Of a stretch of DNA of 64,000 bases, positions 1-11,873 are shown piece after piece. The translations under genes were made by a program, and so were the position numbers. Where the stretch lies: NCBI GenBank assembly GCA_964016885.1, contig OZ024740.1, forward strand, positions 107,074,001 to 107,138,000. Reading direction: 5' to 3'. The stretch is from Eledone cirrhosa (Eukaryota). The notes under the pieces are model-generated. The model ran no database searches. It saw only the letters and a program-made list of their open reading frames with translations, and was not told the origin of the DNA. How positions within the stretch are numbered: the first letter of the stretch is position 1; each line of letters opens with the position of its first letter.

Positions 1-1303
1 GCCGCGGCAGTCCGTCGGCAGTCCGTGGCAGTCCGTCGAGGTAGACACTAAAGTCCATCCCTCGACCCGGCCCACCGCTGCCCCCGAACAGCTGAGCGAA
101 GTGTCGCTGAAAAGCTTCACACATTTTCCCGGGATCGAGTAGCATGCGCCCGTCGTGGTCCACCAAAGACCGGATCGTGGCTTTGTTGCCACGACGCGCC
201 TCCGCCACTCGGGCCCATTGAACGGCTTTCGTCCCCTCGTGTCTGAGAGCACGCACCCTTGCTCTGACAACGCAGCATTCGTGCTTTGCATTGAAGAATT
301 GGTCAAGGGCCAATTTCGCCGCAAGCACGTCGGTCGCAATGCCTTTGCTAAGCGCCTCGTCTAATTTTCTAACTAGTTCTCCCTCTGCTCTATTTTTCTC
401 TATTGCTAAAGCCTTACTAAACATAATGGATTCTATTCTAATCGCTCTTTTCAGAGCAAACCACCACTTGTTGTTGACGATGGCCCCCGTCAACGCTCGC
501 TTAACTAGTTCGCTAATCCGGTCTCTGTAGGCCTTGCGCGCTGGTAAGGACGCGTTTAGCTTCCAGTAGCCAGGTCCTCGTCTATGAAGCCTATCTAATT
601 CAAGCACACAGATCACGAATTTGTGGTCCGTGTAGCTGACTATCTTGAATTGTGGACAGCCTATGCTAGACCTATCTATTTCCCTACAAAATACTCTATC
701 TAGATATGATCTGGATGACCCTATGCGATTTGTCCAAGTCCACATTGGCACATTCGGGAAATCCAATCGGTACCTGTCAGACAGTTCAAAACGCCTGAAC
801 AGGTTGGTGAGGCTCTTGCACCCTCCACCCCTATCCGCTAATCCCACACAGTCCCAGCGTGCATCTAAGATCCCGTTCCAGTCGCCCACTAACACTAAAG
901 AGCGGGACGTTCCAAGAAAGGTCTCCAGACGCCGGAAGAAATCAGGCCGCCCTGCTCCTGTCGGGGCATAGACGGCCACTAGCCTGAAAGCTTGCCCGTC
1001 TCCGCTGGTCACGTCCAGCACCACCAGCTTACCTACTGGGTCCAGGAAGATGGCCCGTATGGCGAGATCCAAACCTCTCCGAAAAAGCACAGCAACTCCT
1101 CCCCCCGATCCAGGACGGCCGGGAGATGCGTACACATCGTAGCCGCCAAAAATCGGTGCGAAGGCCCGTGCTTCGGAGATTCTGGTCTCGCTAATGGCCA
1201 CTACATCTATGTTTAGTGACCTGAGGTCGTTGAGCAGGTGACCCTGCTTCCATGATGACCCCCAGCCACGCGCATTTATGCTGCCTATTCTGAGTGAGGT
1301 CAT
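1..1303 (-). CDS. Tx1/L1-clade LINE ORF2, N-terminal APE endonuclease; runs off the window edge
   Basis: Manual minus-strand translation from ATG at 1303 gives MTSLRIGSINARG...DVVAISETR...VYAP...LVGDWN...SRSYLDRVF...SYTDHK...GPGYWKLN, the APE motifs of L1/Tx1 ORF2. No stop was seen in the parts read. Confidence 0.9.
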   Translation of the reverse strand, partial: MTSLRIGSINARGWGSSWKQGHLLNDLRSLNIDVVAISETRISEARAFAPIFGGYDVYASPGRPGSGGGVAVLFRRGLDLAIRAIFLDPVGKLVVLDVTSGDGQAFRLVAVYAPTGAGRPDFFRRLETFLGTSRSLVLVGDWNGILDARWDCVGLADRGGGCKSLTNLFRRFELSDRYRLDFPNVPMWTWTNRIGSSRSYLDRVFCREIDRSSIGCPQFKIVSYTDHKFVICVLELDRLHRRGPGYWKLNASLPARKAYRDRISELVKRALTGAIVNNKWWFALKRAIRIESIMFSKALAIEKNRAEGELVRKLDEALSKGIATDVLAAKLALDQFFNAKHECCVVRARVRALRHEGTKAVQWARVAEARRGNKATIRSLVDHDGRMLLDPGKMCEAFQRHFAQLFGGSGGPGRGMDFSVYLDGLPRTADGLPR

Positions 1304-1338
1304 GTTTAAAATAGAGTGGAAAAGATGGGAAAGACCAC

Positions 1339-3441
1339 TTACCGTACTTTTGGTAGAGGAGGGATGGTTTTTACATCCCTTTTCACTTGATCGTCTGGTG
1401 AATCGTCCCTTCGGCTGGTCGTCGGCTCTTCTAAGAGAATGTCTGAATATACTCTTCGATTGATAGTTCCTCCTAGGTCCCTGAAATCACCAACTGCGTT
1501 GGGGAATTTCGTTTGAATGTTTGTGTATTGTTTCTGTGCTATTTTTAGCAGTCTTATGTTAGTTGGCGTTTTGATTGGTGCTGGTATTATGTAGTCGTGT
1601 TGTGAAATGTCTGTGTGTTCAATTATGTAAGTCATTAGTTTCTTGTTGTGTGTATTTATTGCCGTGCATTTGTTTTTCTGGGGGTGAGGTGGGGTTCTGC
1701 TATTTTCTTGTCGTTGTTGCTGGGTGTGTGGGTTTTGTTGTTGTGTTTGCGATGTTGGTGCTTGTGGTGGTGGTGTTGAAGGTGTTGTTGGCGGTGGGGT
1801 TGTCGCCGGTGGTGATGGTGGTGCTAGTGTGGGTGGTGATGGTGTTGGTGGTGATGGTGTTGGTGGTGTTGCTGCTGTGAGTCTCTTTGCAGTAGCCTTT
1901 ACCCTTTTTTCATTTCTTTCCTCCCTTTTCGAAGGCGACGATGCGCTGCTTCTGCGTTTGTGCCTTCTTACGACCTTTTGCCATCCCTCTCCCACCTCAC
2001 ACTCCATGTCTGATTCTGTGAGGTCGTGGAGGGGTACCAGCTCCACTCTTTCACTTGTTGTTGTTGGTGATGTTTGCACTGGAGTCTCTGTAGCAGCTGC
2101 ATTTGTTATTGCTGTTGTTGTTGTTAATATTTCCACTGCTGCTGCTGTTTTTGATTTCCGTGGCGTGGGTATGGGTGCCACGGACCTATCGTTCCTGGTT
2201 GCCGCTTGTCCTGTTGCTGGTAGCCGTGGAGCCGGTTTCGGAAGGAGGGGGGTTTTCTCCTTTCTCAGGGTCTTCTCGTTGCAGAAGGCCCTGAGGTGAG
2301 TCTTCGATCCACAGCGAAAGCATTTCGGGCGTTTTCCCTCAACACTTATGGGCAGTTGAGTGCCGTTATCGAAGTCTATCACATCCGGGATAGCTTCGAT
2401 GCACTCCTGGTTGGTTTGGATTAGCATCTCAATGGAGGTGCCGACCTAATCTTCTCTTACTTTTTTCTGTACTTGCAGTACAGTTGTTTTGTCCTCGATT
2501 CCGACGAGGACAGACGCGGCCAGCCAAGAAGGGGCCATTCCGGAGGGGGACGTGGGTCAGTTTGACCCTCACAATTTTTTGCCCGCAGTAAGAGGGCACC
2601 AACACCATATCCTCGCTCCTTAGGGTCACTACGGATTGGGCCTTTGCCTCCTGGGGTGTGGCAAAAAGTACGTCTACGGTGGCATATTTTTGCCTCGAGT
2701 GATGTGCGTTTTCCGCTGCCACACAGACCCCAAGGCTTTTTGTATTTGAGCCTTTGTGGCTCTTTCCACCCTACGGGATTTTGTACTTACTGTGCGGTAC
2801 GTGACCGTACAGTGCTGTTGGGTTTCGAAAAAATTTTCCGCTGCCTTGCAGATTGCTCGGTGTCCAGTTTTTCTCACCATCTTCTTCGCTTCCTGTAATT
2901 CCTCATTTTTTATGAGGATGGTTTCCAAGTTTTTCGCAATACCTGCAAATGAGATTGGTTTTTCTTTGCTGCTGTTGTTGTTGTTGTCGTCAGAGCTGCT
3001 GTTACTTTTGTTGTTGCTGCAGGTACTACGACTACTGCCTCCGCCGCTGTTGCTGTGGTTGTTGTTGGTGTTGCTGCTGCTAATGCTGTTGTTGTTTATG
3101 CTGCTGGTGATGCTGTTGCGGCTGCTACTGTTGTTTTCATTGTCACTGTTGCTGTTGTTATTACGGCTGCTACTGCTATTATTCCTGACGTCAGACGAAT
3201 GAACTGGGTTTTCGTATTTCCCGCACACCTGTTTCGTCGCTGTCGTCGTCGTCGTGGAGAAACCTTGCACGCTTTGCACGAGACTTTTCTTTTCTTTCGT
3301 CGCTTGCGAAAGAGAAGGGAGGGAGAGAGACACATTTAAAGAAGGGAGGGAGAGAGACAATCTTCTCTCTGCTGTAGTGATGATTGAGGAAGAAGACGGA
3401 ATGAGTGGGAGTGACCTATGAAATTTCTTTTTCGTAGCCAT
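1339..3441 (-). pseudogene. Tx1-like LINE ORF1 (gag-like, CCHC knuckle), broken by two frameshifts and a TAG
   Basis: ORF pieces 2674-3480, 2429-2722 and 1339-2427. Contains CFRCGSKTHLRAFC (CX2CX4HX4C), an N/S-rich N-terminus and a P/T-rich C-terminus, and lies directly upstream of APE ORF2. Confidence 0.85.
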
Positions 3442-3660
3442 GTTGTTTTTTTTTTCGTTTAAAATAAATATTGGGTACAAAACCCCAATAAGCAGTTATT
3501 TAACCCCGAAGGGCCAAATAACGGGCAGAAAAACCCCTCTCACGAGGAGGAGGGTGTTTTTGTCTACAAGTTCGTTAAAGTTTTAAACAATTTACAATTG
3601 TTATAGTGTTCAAAATTTACAATACCTTACAGAGCCGAGCCTCCTTCAACCATAGCATTC

Positions 3661-3705
<45 letters not shown>

Positions 3706-3707
<2 letters not shown>

Positions 3708-6450
3708 TTTCATTTATTAGCCACAAGGGCCGACATGTAGGGGACAATACAAAGACAGGGACAGTGGGGGTTTACAATAAGGTCGAGTAAAAGTGCACAA
3801 TGGCAAGACTAATTTAACAATGAAAATATAAAATATAAAATAAACTATGCAAAATATAACAAAATAAATTCCCCGATAGGGGGTGGACGACCCTGGGGTG
3901 ATTCGGGTACCCCACCAATCCTGAACCACCCTGCGCTTCTAGGGCACCCAGGAGAGCACCCCTCTCCTCAAGTTAGCCAGCCTATAGGCGCATGGTCAGA
4001 GTAGGCCCATTCACACGAGCCATTCTCGCCACATTCACCCACCTTTTAGCAAATGTACTGGGGGGCAGCACTTCCCTCTCCACCCTCACCCTCCTTTCCA
4101 GGTGAAACTTGAAGAAGTTGATGAGGGATTGGCCGAAGAGAAAAGTGTCTGTCTTTAGTCCTTTCAACCTGGTCCACCATATAATCTCTTTCGCAACTGC
4201 CACCAGACAGAGGAAAATGTCCTGCTCTTCCTGACCTAAGGAAGGTGGCGGCTCGATCTTCACTATGGACTCGGCCGATAACCGGATTCGTTTTAATGTT
4301 TGTGTATTGTTTCTGTGCTACTTTTAGTTGGCGTTTTGATTGGTGCTGGTATTATGTAGTCGTGTTGTGAAATGTCTGTGTGTTCAATTATGTAAGTCAT
4401 TAGTTTCTTGTTGTGTGTATTTATTGCCGTGCATTTATTTTTCTGGGGGTGCGGTGTGGTTCTGCTATTTTCTTGTCGTTGTTGCTGGGTGTGTGTGTTT
4501 TGTTGTTGTCTTTGCGATGTTGGTGCTTGTGGTGGTGGTGTTGAAGGTGTTGTTGTTGTTGGCGGTGGGGTTGTCGCCGGTGGTGATGGTGGTGCTAGTG
4601 TGGGTGGTGATGGTGTTGGTGGTGATGGTGTTGGTGGTGTTGCTGCTGTGAGTCTCTTTGCAGTAGCCTTTACCCTTTTTCCATTTCTTTCCTCCCTTTT
4701 CGAAGGCGACGATGCGCTGCTTCTGCGTTTGTGCCTTCTTACGACCTTTTGCCATCCCTCTCCCACCTCACACTCCATGTCTGATTCTGTGAGGTCGTGG
4801 AGGGGTACCAGCTCCACTCTTTCACTTGTTGTTGTTGGTGATGTTTGCACTGGAGTCTCTGTAGCAGCTGCATTTGGTATTGCTGTTGTTGTTGTTAATA
4901 TTTCCACTGCTGCTGCTGTTTTTGATTTCCGTGGCGTGGGTATGGGTGCCACGGACCTATCGTTCCTGGTTGCCGCTTGTCCTGTTGCTGGTAGCCGTGG
5001 AGCCGGTTTCGGAAGGAGGGGGGTTTTCTCCTTTCTCAGGGTCTTCTCGTTGCAGAAGGCCCTGAGGTGAGTCTTCGATCCACAGCGAAAGCATTTCGGG
5101 CGTTTTCCCTCAACACTTATGGGCAGTTGAGTGCCGTTATCGAAGTCTATCACATCCGGGATAGCTTCGATGCACTCCTGGTTGGTTTGGATTAGCATCT
5201 CAATGGAGGTGCCGACCTAATCTTCTCTTACTTTTTTCTGTACTTGCAGTACAGTTGTTTTGTCCTCGATTCCGACGAGGACAGACGCGGCCAGCCAAGA
5301 AGGGGCCATTCCGGAGGGGGACGTGGGTCAGTTTGACCCTCACAATTTTTTGCCCGCAGTAAGAGGGCACCAACACCATATCCTCGCTCCTTAGGGTCAC
5401 TACGGATTGGGCCTTTGCCTCCTGGGGTGTGGCAAAAAGTACGTCTACGGTGGCATATTTTTGCCTCGGGTGATGTGCGTTTTCCGCTGCCACACAGACC
5501 CCAAGGCTTTTTGTATTTGAGCCTCTGTGGCTCTTTCCACCCTACGGGATTTTGTACTTACTGTGCGGTACGTGACCGTACAGTGCTGTTGGGTTTCGAA
5601 AATTCTTCGGCTGCCTTGCAGATTGCTCGGTGTCCAGTTTTTCTCACCATCTTCTTCGCTTCCTGTAATTCCTCATTTGTTATGAGGATGGTTTCCAGGT
5701 TCTTTGCGATACCTGCAAATGAGATTGGTATTTCTTTGCTGCTGTTGTTGTTGTTGTTGTCGTCAGAGCTGCTGTTACTTTTGTTGTTGCTGCAGGTACT
5801 ACGACTACTGCCGCCGCCGCTGTTGCTGTGGTTGTTGTTGTTATTTCTGCTGCTGCTGTTGCCGTTGCTGCCAATGCTGTTGTTGTTTATGCTGCTAATG
5901 ATGCTGTTGCGGCTGCTACTGTTGTTTTCCTTGTCACCGTTGCTGCTGTTATTACGGCTGCTACTGCTATTATTCCTGACGTCAGACGAATGAAATGGGT
6001 TTTCGTATTTCCCGCACACCTTTTTCGTCGTTGTCGTCGTCGTCGTGGAGAAATCTTGCTCGCTTTGCACGTGATTTTTCTTTTCTGGCGTCGCTTGCGA
6101 AAGAGAAGGGAGGGAGAGAGACACATTTAGAGAAGGGAGGGAGAGAGACAATCTTCTCTCTGCTGTAGTGATGATTGAGGAAGAAGAAGACGGAATGAGT
6201 GGGAGTGACCTATGAAAATTCTTTTTCGTAACCATGTTGTTTTTTTGTTTAAAATAAATATTGGGCACAAAACCCCAATAAGCAGTTATTTAACCCCGAA
6301 GGGCCAAATAACGGGAAGAAAGACCCCTCTCGCGAGGAGGAGTGTGTTTTTGTCTACAAGTTGGTTAAAGTTTTAAACAATTTACAATTGTTATAGCGGT
6401 CACAATTTACAATACCTTACAGAGCCGAGCCTCCGTCAACCATAGCATTC
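3706..6450 (-). mobile_element. Tx1-like LINE copy 2, internally deleted (ORF1 joined to the last ~100 codons of ORF2 and the 3' UTR)
   Basis: 4290-6450 repeats 1510-3660. 3982-4290 encodes a Tx1 ORF2 C-terminus (AVAKEIIWWTR...RWVNVARM) similar to 56127-56400. AATAAA then (ATT)n at the 3' end, and (AAT)n flanks both sides. Confidence 0.88.
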
Positions 6451-6477
6451 AATAATAATAATAATAATAATAATAAA

Positions 6478-8160
6478 ACCAATCTGAGTGTCATTAATGA
6501 CATCAACGATGATGGGTTTAAAATCACTTCTGAACTCAACATCCAGGACCGGACTGAACCTCTGGACCCTGTTTCTCCCCCACTTTACCCTGAAGGATCA
6601 CAAACCCAATTTCGCCAACAACCTTCCTATTCAGCTAATTAACCCTACGAAGTCTGATTTAGGTAGACTTGGTAAAAGGATTTTAGATAGAATTATAACT
6701 GAAATTAGAAGCTTGGCCCCTCTTGCACTGTGGAATAATTGTTTCGCGGTGATTGATTGGTTCAATGGCATATGCAACAAGGAACATTGCCGTTCTATCC
6801 AATTCGACATCAATAACTACTACTACTCCATCACTTTACCATTTCTTCTTAGAGCTATCAATTTCACTAAAACACTCACGGTGGTTAAGGACTTCGAAGT
6901 TGATGTCATCCTCAATGCCCGAAAGTCGGCGATTAATTTCAATGACTCTATTTGGATAAAAAAATCTAATAGTACCCCATTCGACGTGAGAATGGGGGCC
7001 AGCGATTCGGCGGAGGTTACAGATCTTATCGGCCTTTTCCTTCTTTTCTCTATCAAGAAAGAATTCTTCAATCTGGGCGGTGGTCTGTACCGCGATGACG
7101 GTCTTGTGACCATGACAAAGTGCGGTCCACGTGGTTGCGTCAGGTTTAGAAAAGAACTCACAGCCTTCTTTAAAGGCTTCAACCTCTCCATACAGGTTGA
7201 GGCCAACCTCTCGGTCGTTAATTACCTCGACGTTACCCTCAATTTGTCGAATGGCTTGCGCTACCCGTATAGAAAGCCGAATGATACGCTTAATTACATA
7301 AGTAAGCATTCTAACCATCCTGCCAGCATAACATAGAACCTGGTAAGAAACATTTCTTTGAGGCTTTCCCGTCTATCTAAAAACGAGCATATTTTCACCG
7401 ACCATTCCACATTACAATGAAGCTCTTGCTCGGAGTGGATTTTTTTATAAGGGGTAGCATATACTAAGTATGAGCATAAACCAAGGAAAAATAAATCCCG
7501 ACGCATTATATCGTATAACGCACCATATAATATGGAGGTAGCCACACCATTAACTAAGATCTTTCTCTCCTTTATTAAGAAGCATTTCCCCTCAGCACAT
7601 AAATATAATAAAAATTTTAATAGAAATACTATTAAAATATCTTACTCTGCGACTTCTAACTTTGCACATAACATCACTGCTTCAAATTTAGCTAAATTAC
7701 CTAGCCGTAGGAACACGTGCAACTCTGTAGCTAGTACTAATTATAATTGTAGGAATCGGGTTGACTGCCCTCTATCCGGGAAATGCCTCTCCGGTAACAT
7801 TGTCTACAAATTTAAGGTAGAAACACCCACGTCTAGTAGGGCCTACATAGGGTTAACCGCCAATAGAATCAAGCAGCATCTTTACATGCACACCCATTCT
7901 TTTCTTAACCATTTAAGAAGGAATATGTCGTCACTTTCAGCTTATATCTGGAGTCTAAAAGACAACCACTCCCAATATAGGTGACACTAGGGGATCCTAG
8001 CTAAAGCTAGGTCGTATAACGGAAATAAAAGACCATGCGATCTTTGCGCCGCTGAAGCCCTAGAAATACTCTACGATCACATCTTAAACCAAAAAATCTG
8101 AGGCAATTTCGGCTTGTAAATACAAATTGCTTAAAACTTTCCTGTATTACAGCCCCACAT
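6478..8160 (+). mobile_element. Penelope-like element, Hydra-like, RT + C-terminal GIY-YIG, 5'-truncated and degraded
   Basis: ORF 6488-7336 has FTLKDHK, QFDI, MGASDSAE, LYRDDG, NYLDVTL, YRKP. ORF 7532-7984 has CRNRVDCPLSGKC, IVYKF...YIGLT. A downstream CDLCAAE follows in-frame stops. Clade assignment is from recalled motifs. Confidence 0.85.
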
Positions 8161-8491
8161 TATACCCTAACGGATAGTACGAACAATACGCGGATAATTT
8201 ACGTCTTGATGTGGTAGCTAAGTATATTTTATGATTATACCATTATATATTTGTATAGGTAAGTATACCTTTCCCGTATGTTTTGTGAAGGTACGTATAC
8301 TTTCTCGTACATATATAAGCTTGTATTTGTTATAGGTGTATATATTAAATTATATAAACTGGTATGTGTATATGGTTACGTGTATATGTGTATTTTGTGT
8401 TTGTGTGTGTATGCGTGTATGCGTGTTTGCACGTATGTATGGTGTGTATATGCGTACATTGTGTTTTGGTTGACGTACGTTTTGGTTGATG

Positions 8492-9380
8492 TAGTTTTAC
8501 AGTTAATATGGGGGCTTAGTTTTCAAAGACCTCCCTGTATAGATAAGAAATGCATAATCTGTAAACTAATCCCCATATTAACTGTAAAACTAGAAATGTA
8601 GTATATAGCATAAGATGTACTGAAGGACAATGTAAAGATAAGAATATAGTGTAAATAGGTGAGACAGCTCGTAGTATAGCAGAACGGTTAAATGAACACT
8701 GGCGAGAACTTCAAGATAAAAAAGAATCATCAATACTCCACCAACATGCTAAAATAGAACATAAGGGCAAATTAGAGAACATAGAAATAAAAATAGAATC
8801 TACACACAGAAAAGAAGCAATGTTTAGACAAATCACAGAGGCAATAAACATAAATGAACTCCAGCCAAAATTAAATAGAAGACATGAATGGAATAGTAAC
8901 ATCACAACTTACAATTAAGGACAAAATGAAAACACACACACACATAGGACAAACAACCAACCAGTAACATGTAAATAAACAAATAAATAAACAAATATAA
9001 ACACACTCAGATACCCGGATGTAACACATGCGCAAACTAAGCACACAACACACACACAAAACAAGATGGCGTAGGACAGAACAAAGGAGAGGCACAAAAA
9101 CAAAGAAAAGAATCCCCAGTCACTGAAGAGGTCACAGAATGTGTGACGAAAGAACTTTGACAATATATGAACAACCGTCCGGTTATGGAACCAACCAACC
9201 AACCAACCGGAAATTTATAAATTCTTAAATTTATAAATTTAATTTATAATAAATTGGAGTGAAAGCATGTGGTACGTGTGTTTCTTATTGGCAACATGAC
9301 CCTCCCAAAGCATAACAATATCGGTTTCAACACACGTTTTCAGATAAAGAATCTTGCTAAACAAATTCAGAAACGAAATA
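8492..9380 (+). mobile_element. 3' fragment of a Nematis/Neptune-like PLE (GIY-YIG end + 3' tail) with a short 5' inversion
   Basis: Clearly homologous to 53190-54045. 8492-8523 is the reverse complement of 8563-8592. Ends in (TA)n. Confidence 0.85.
9118..9161 (+). ncRNA. Minimal type I hammerhead ribozyme (PLE-associated)
   Basis: GTCA-CTGAAGA-G-GTCACA(gaatg)TGTGAC-GAAA-GAACTT-TGAC: core CUGANGA/GAAA, 6-bp stem II, stem I GUCA/UGAC. Confidence 0.7.
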
Positions 9381-9406
9381 TATATATATACATATATAAA
9401 ATAATT

Positions 9407-9592
9407 GTTTCTACTTTAGGCACAAGGCCAGCAATTATCCCAGTGCATTACTGGTACTTTTATTTTATCGACCCCGTAAGGATGAAAGGCAAAGTCAACC
9501 TCGGCGGGATTTGAACTCAGATCGTAAAGGGACGTAACTATGCTGGAAAGCATGGCGTCCGACCCTCTACCGATACTGCCAATCCACCGCCC
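9407..9592 (-). mobile_element. tRNA-derived SINE, family A
   Basis: B-box GAGTTCAAATCC followed by cgccgaggttgactttgcctttcatcc; many copies in the window. Confidence 0.85.
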
Positions 9593-10435
9593 TTTACATA
9601 TATAAAATAATAAAGTCAAATATATAAAATTTGCCTTCGTTTATTATAAATTATAGATATACTGTTATATATATTTCGGTGACAGCCGTCATTGGCTGTG
9701 ACGTCTTCAGGCAGTCCGAATTGGTGTGGGAAAGACAGGTACACATGTTGTTGGAGTGTGTTTTACTCCGTCAATACATCGATATGTCCAGCTCCTGGTT
9801 GTGTTGTTATTTCTCTGAGAAACTAGAATCATATGAGTTAGAACAAACGAATTTCGGCGTCATATGACATGCTCGTATCCCATTGGTCAGTTGTAAGAAC
9901 ATTCCTCAGTCAAAAGTTTATAGAAATTTTTCTGAGGCAAGACAATCTGTTGTAGTTGTTTTTGTTTAAGTATAGCTGACCTCCTCCATTGTGTTGGTAG
10001 TGGTAGTGGTGTTAAGGGGTCGGCAGGCATGTCAGCTTTAGTGTGCTACTGCTATGTTCACAAGAATTTGTGTGTGTAGGTTGGCATCTATCCTGTCACC
10101 ATTTCACGTGGTGGGGGGTGCCAAACAAATTTTTAAAAAAATGAGTGTGTGTTACAACCAATATCAAAGATTTGAAAAATATTAACTGTAATAGAAAACC
10201 TGTGTGGCAGAATCGAGAAGTGTAAAGAATTACAATTCTTATACTATCATCGAGTGGTGCGTTTTAACAGCAAATGAGATAAAAGTGGAGTGTAAAACAC
10301 GAAAAACATGAGTGTCAAAATCGGGAAATGCAAAGGACTACAATTCCTATTTCGGCATAAAGTACATATGCGTGTATGTCAACGCACATCGTTGCAAGCA
10401 CACACGCACAAACACAGGCTCATGTGCATTCCATA

Positions 10436-10511
<76 letters not shown>

Positions 10512-10518
10512 TATATAT

Positions 10519-10585
<67 letters not shown>

Positions 10586-10799
10586 CACATACATGTAAGT
10601 ATCTATGTATGTATAATTTTAAACAACAGTATCTATGTATGGACATATGTATAAGTATGTGTTGCTATAGGAGTTGATCGAGGCAGGAGTAGGGGTGGTG
10701 AGCGTGTAGGTTTTTTTTAGCTTGGGATCGATATGGCGGAGCTACTGTCCCTATAGTTTGAGGGAAGTTCCTATCCCAATGTGTTGTTATTGTCCAGAT

Positions 10800-11230
10800 A
10801 GCTTGAGGAAGGTCCCGGCCCTGAGGTGTCTACATGTACCGAAGAAGTCGGTCTTGAGGTTTATTAGGCTGCTTCCACCACTGAGTATCTCGAGGGTCTT
10901 GCTCAGACATAGTTTGCAGATGCCAGATGCCCCTCTATCAGGTGGTACTTTCCTGATTTGGGACCAGGCCAGAGAGTACGGGGTCCTGTCCAGCTTGAGC
11001 CTCCAGATCAGTTCGGAAAGAGCCGTACTTTTCCTTTTGTCCTCCCTATTAAAGGAATGGCGATGGTTCTACCATCGGTCTTTGAAGCTCGTTGATGTGG
11101 CTCCTATGTAAAGGTGCTCAGAATTGGGGTTTTTTACTCTACATCCGTATATTAATTTCTTCCTTAGGCATTCATTACTAAGGGGGCATAATGTGGGGGT
11201 TCTGCAGTTGCAGGACATGGTCGAACCCCG
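10800..11230 (-). mobile_element. Hydra-like PLE GIY-YIG fragment
   Basis: Manual translation: CNCRTPTLCPLSNECL...LIYGC...LYIGAT...FKDRW*NHRHSF...ICKLCLS, matching the layout of 7700-8100. Confidence 0.8.
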
Positions 11231-11454
11231 AGTGCCTATTATAGGGTGGACTTCTCCTGGGCTCGGTAGGGGGTCCCTGGATGGGTACCGGGTCCACCCT
11301 TCCTTCCCTCCACATGGCTCTGCTGGGTGCTTATATTGCCAGCTTCTGGTTGTGTGTAGTTTCTAAGTCTACCCTATTGATGCTAGCTATGTGCTGGGCT
11401 ACGTTGCGCTTCACAGCGTCTGATGAAGATCTTGTGGTATATATGATCCCTCTG

Positions 11455-11491
<37 letters not shown>

Positions 11492-11700
11492 CTCTGATCG
11501 GCTGTAAAACATGTAATATGTAAATGATGCAATACTGATTCTTTTTTCCTTTTTAATAAAGCTGGTGGCCGTATGTATGTAACAAACATTTGGCAAAACG
11601 GCTGGACCAAACTGCACCAAATGTACACCATAGATGTAACTTATTCCAAGAAAAAATGTGACGGCATTTTTGTCTACTAAATTTCGTTATTATTGATTAA

Positions 11701-11873
11701 CAGTATCAGTAGAGGGTCGGACGCCATGCTTTCCAGCATAGTTACGTCCCTTTACGATCTGAGTTCAAATCCCGCCGAGGTTGACTTTGCCTTTCATCCT
11801 TACGTGGTCGATAAAATAAAGTACCAGTAATGCACTGGGTAATTGCTGGCCTTGTGCCTAAAGTAGAGACAAA
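11701..11873 (+). mobile_element. SINE family A, 5'-truncated, with 10-bp target-site duplication
   Basis: Homologous to 55529-55716. TATTGATTAA at 11691-11700 and 11874-11883. Confidence 0.85.

Larger units (their letters stand above)
1..3660 (-). mobile_element. Tx1-like LINE copy 1 (5' UTR, ORF1, start of ORF2)
   Basis: ORF1+ORF2 layout. The 5' end abuts (AAT)n at 3661-3705 and matches the 5' end of copy 2 at 6450. Confidence 0.88.

Noticed and set aside
10308-10677. YI, CV and HT repeat ORFs here and throughout the window
   Set aside because: Translations of (TA)n, (TG)n and (CA)n microsatellites.
11419-11460. Hammerhead-like CTGATGA-A-GATC...GATC
   Set aside because: No GAAA after stem II.
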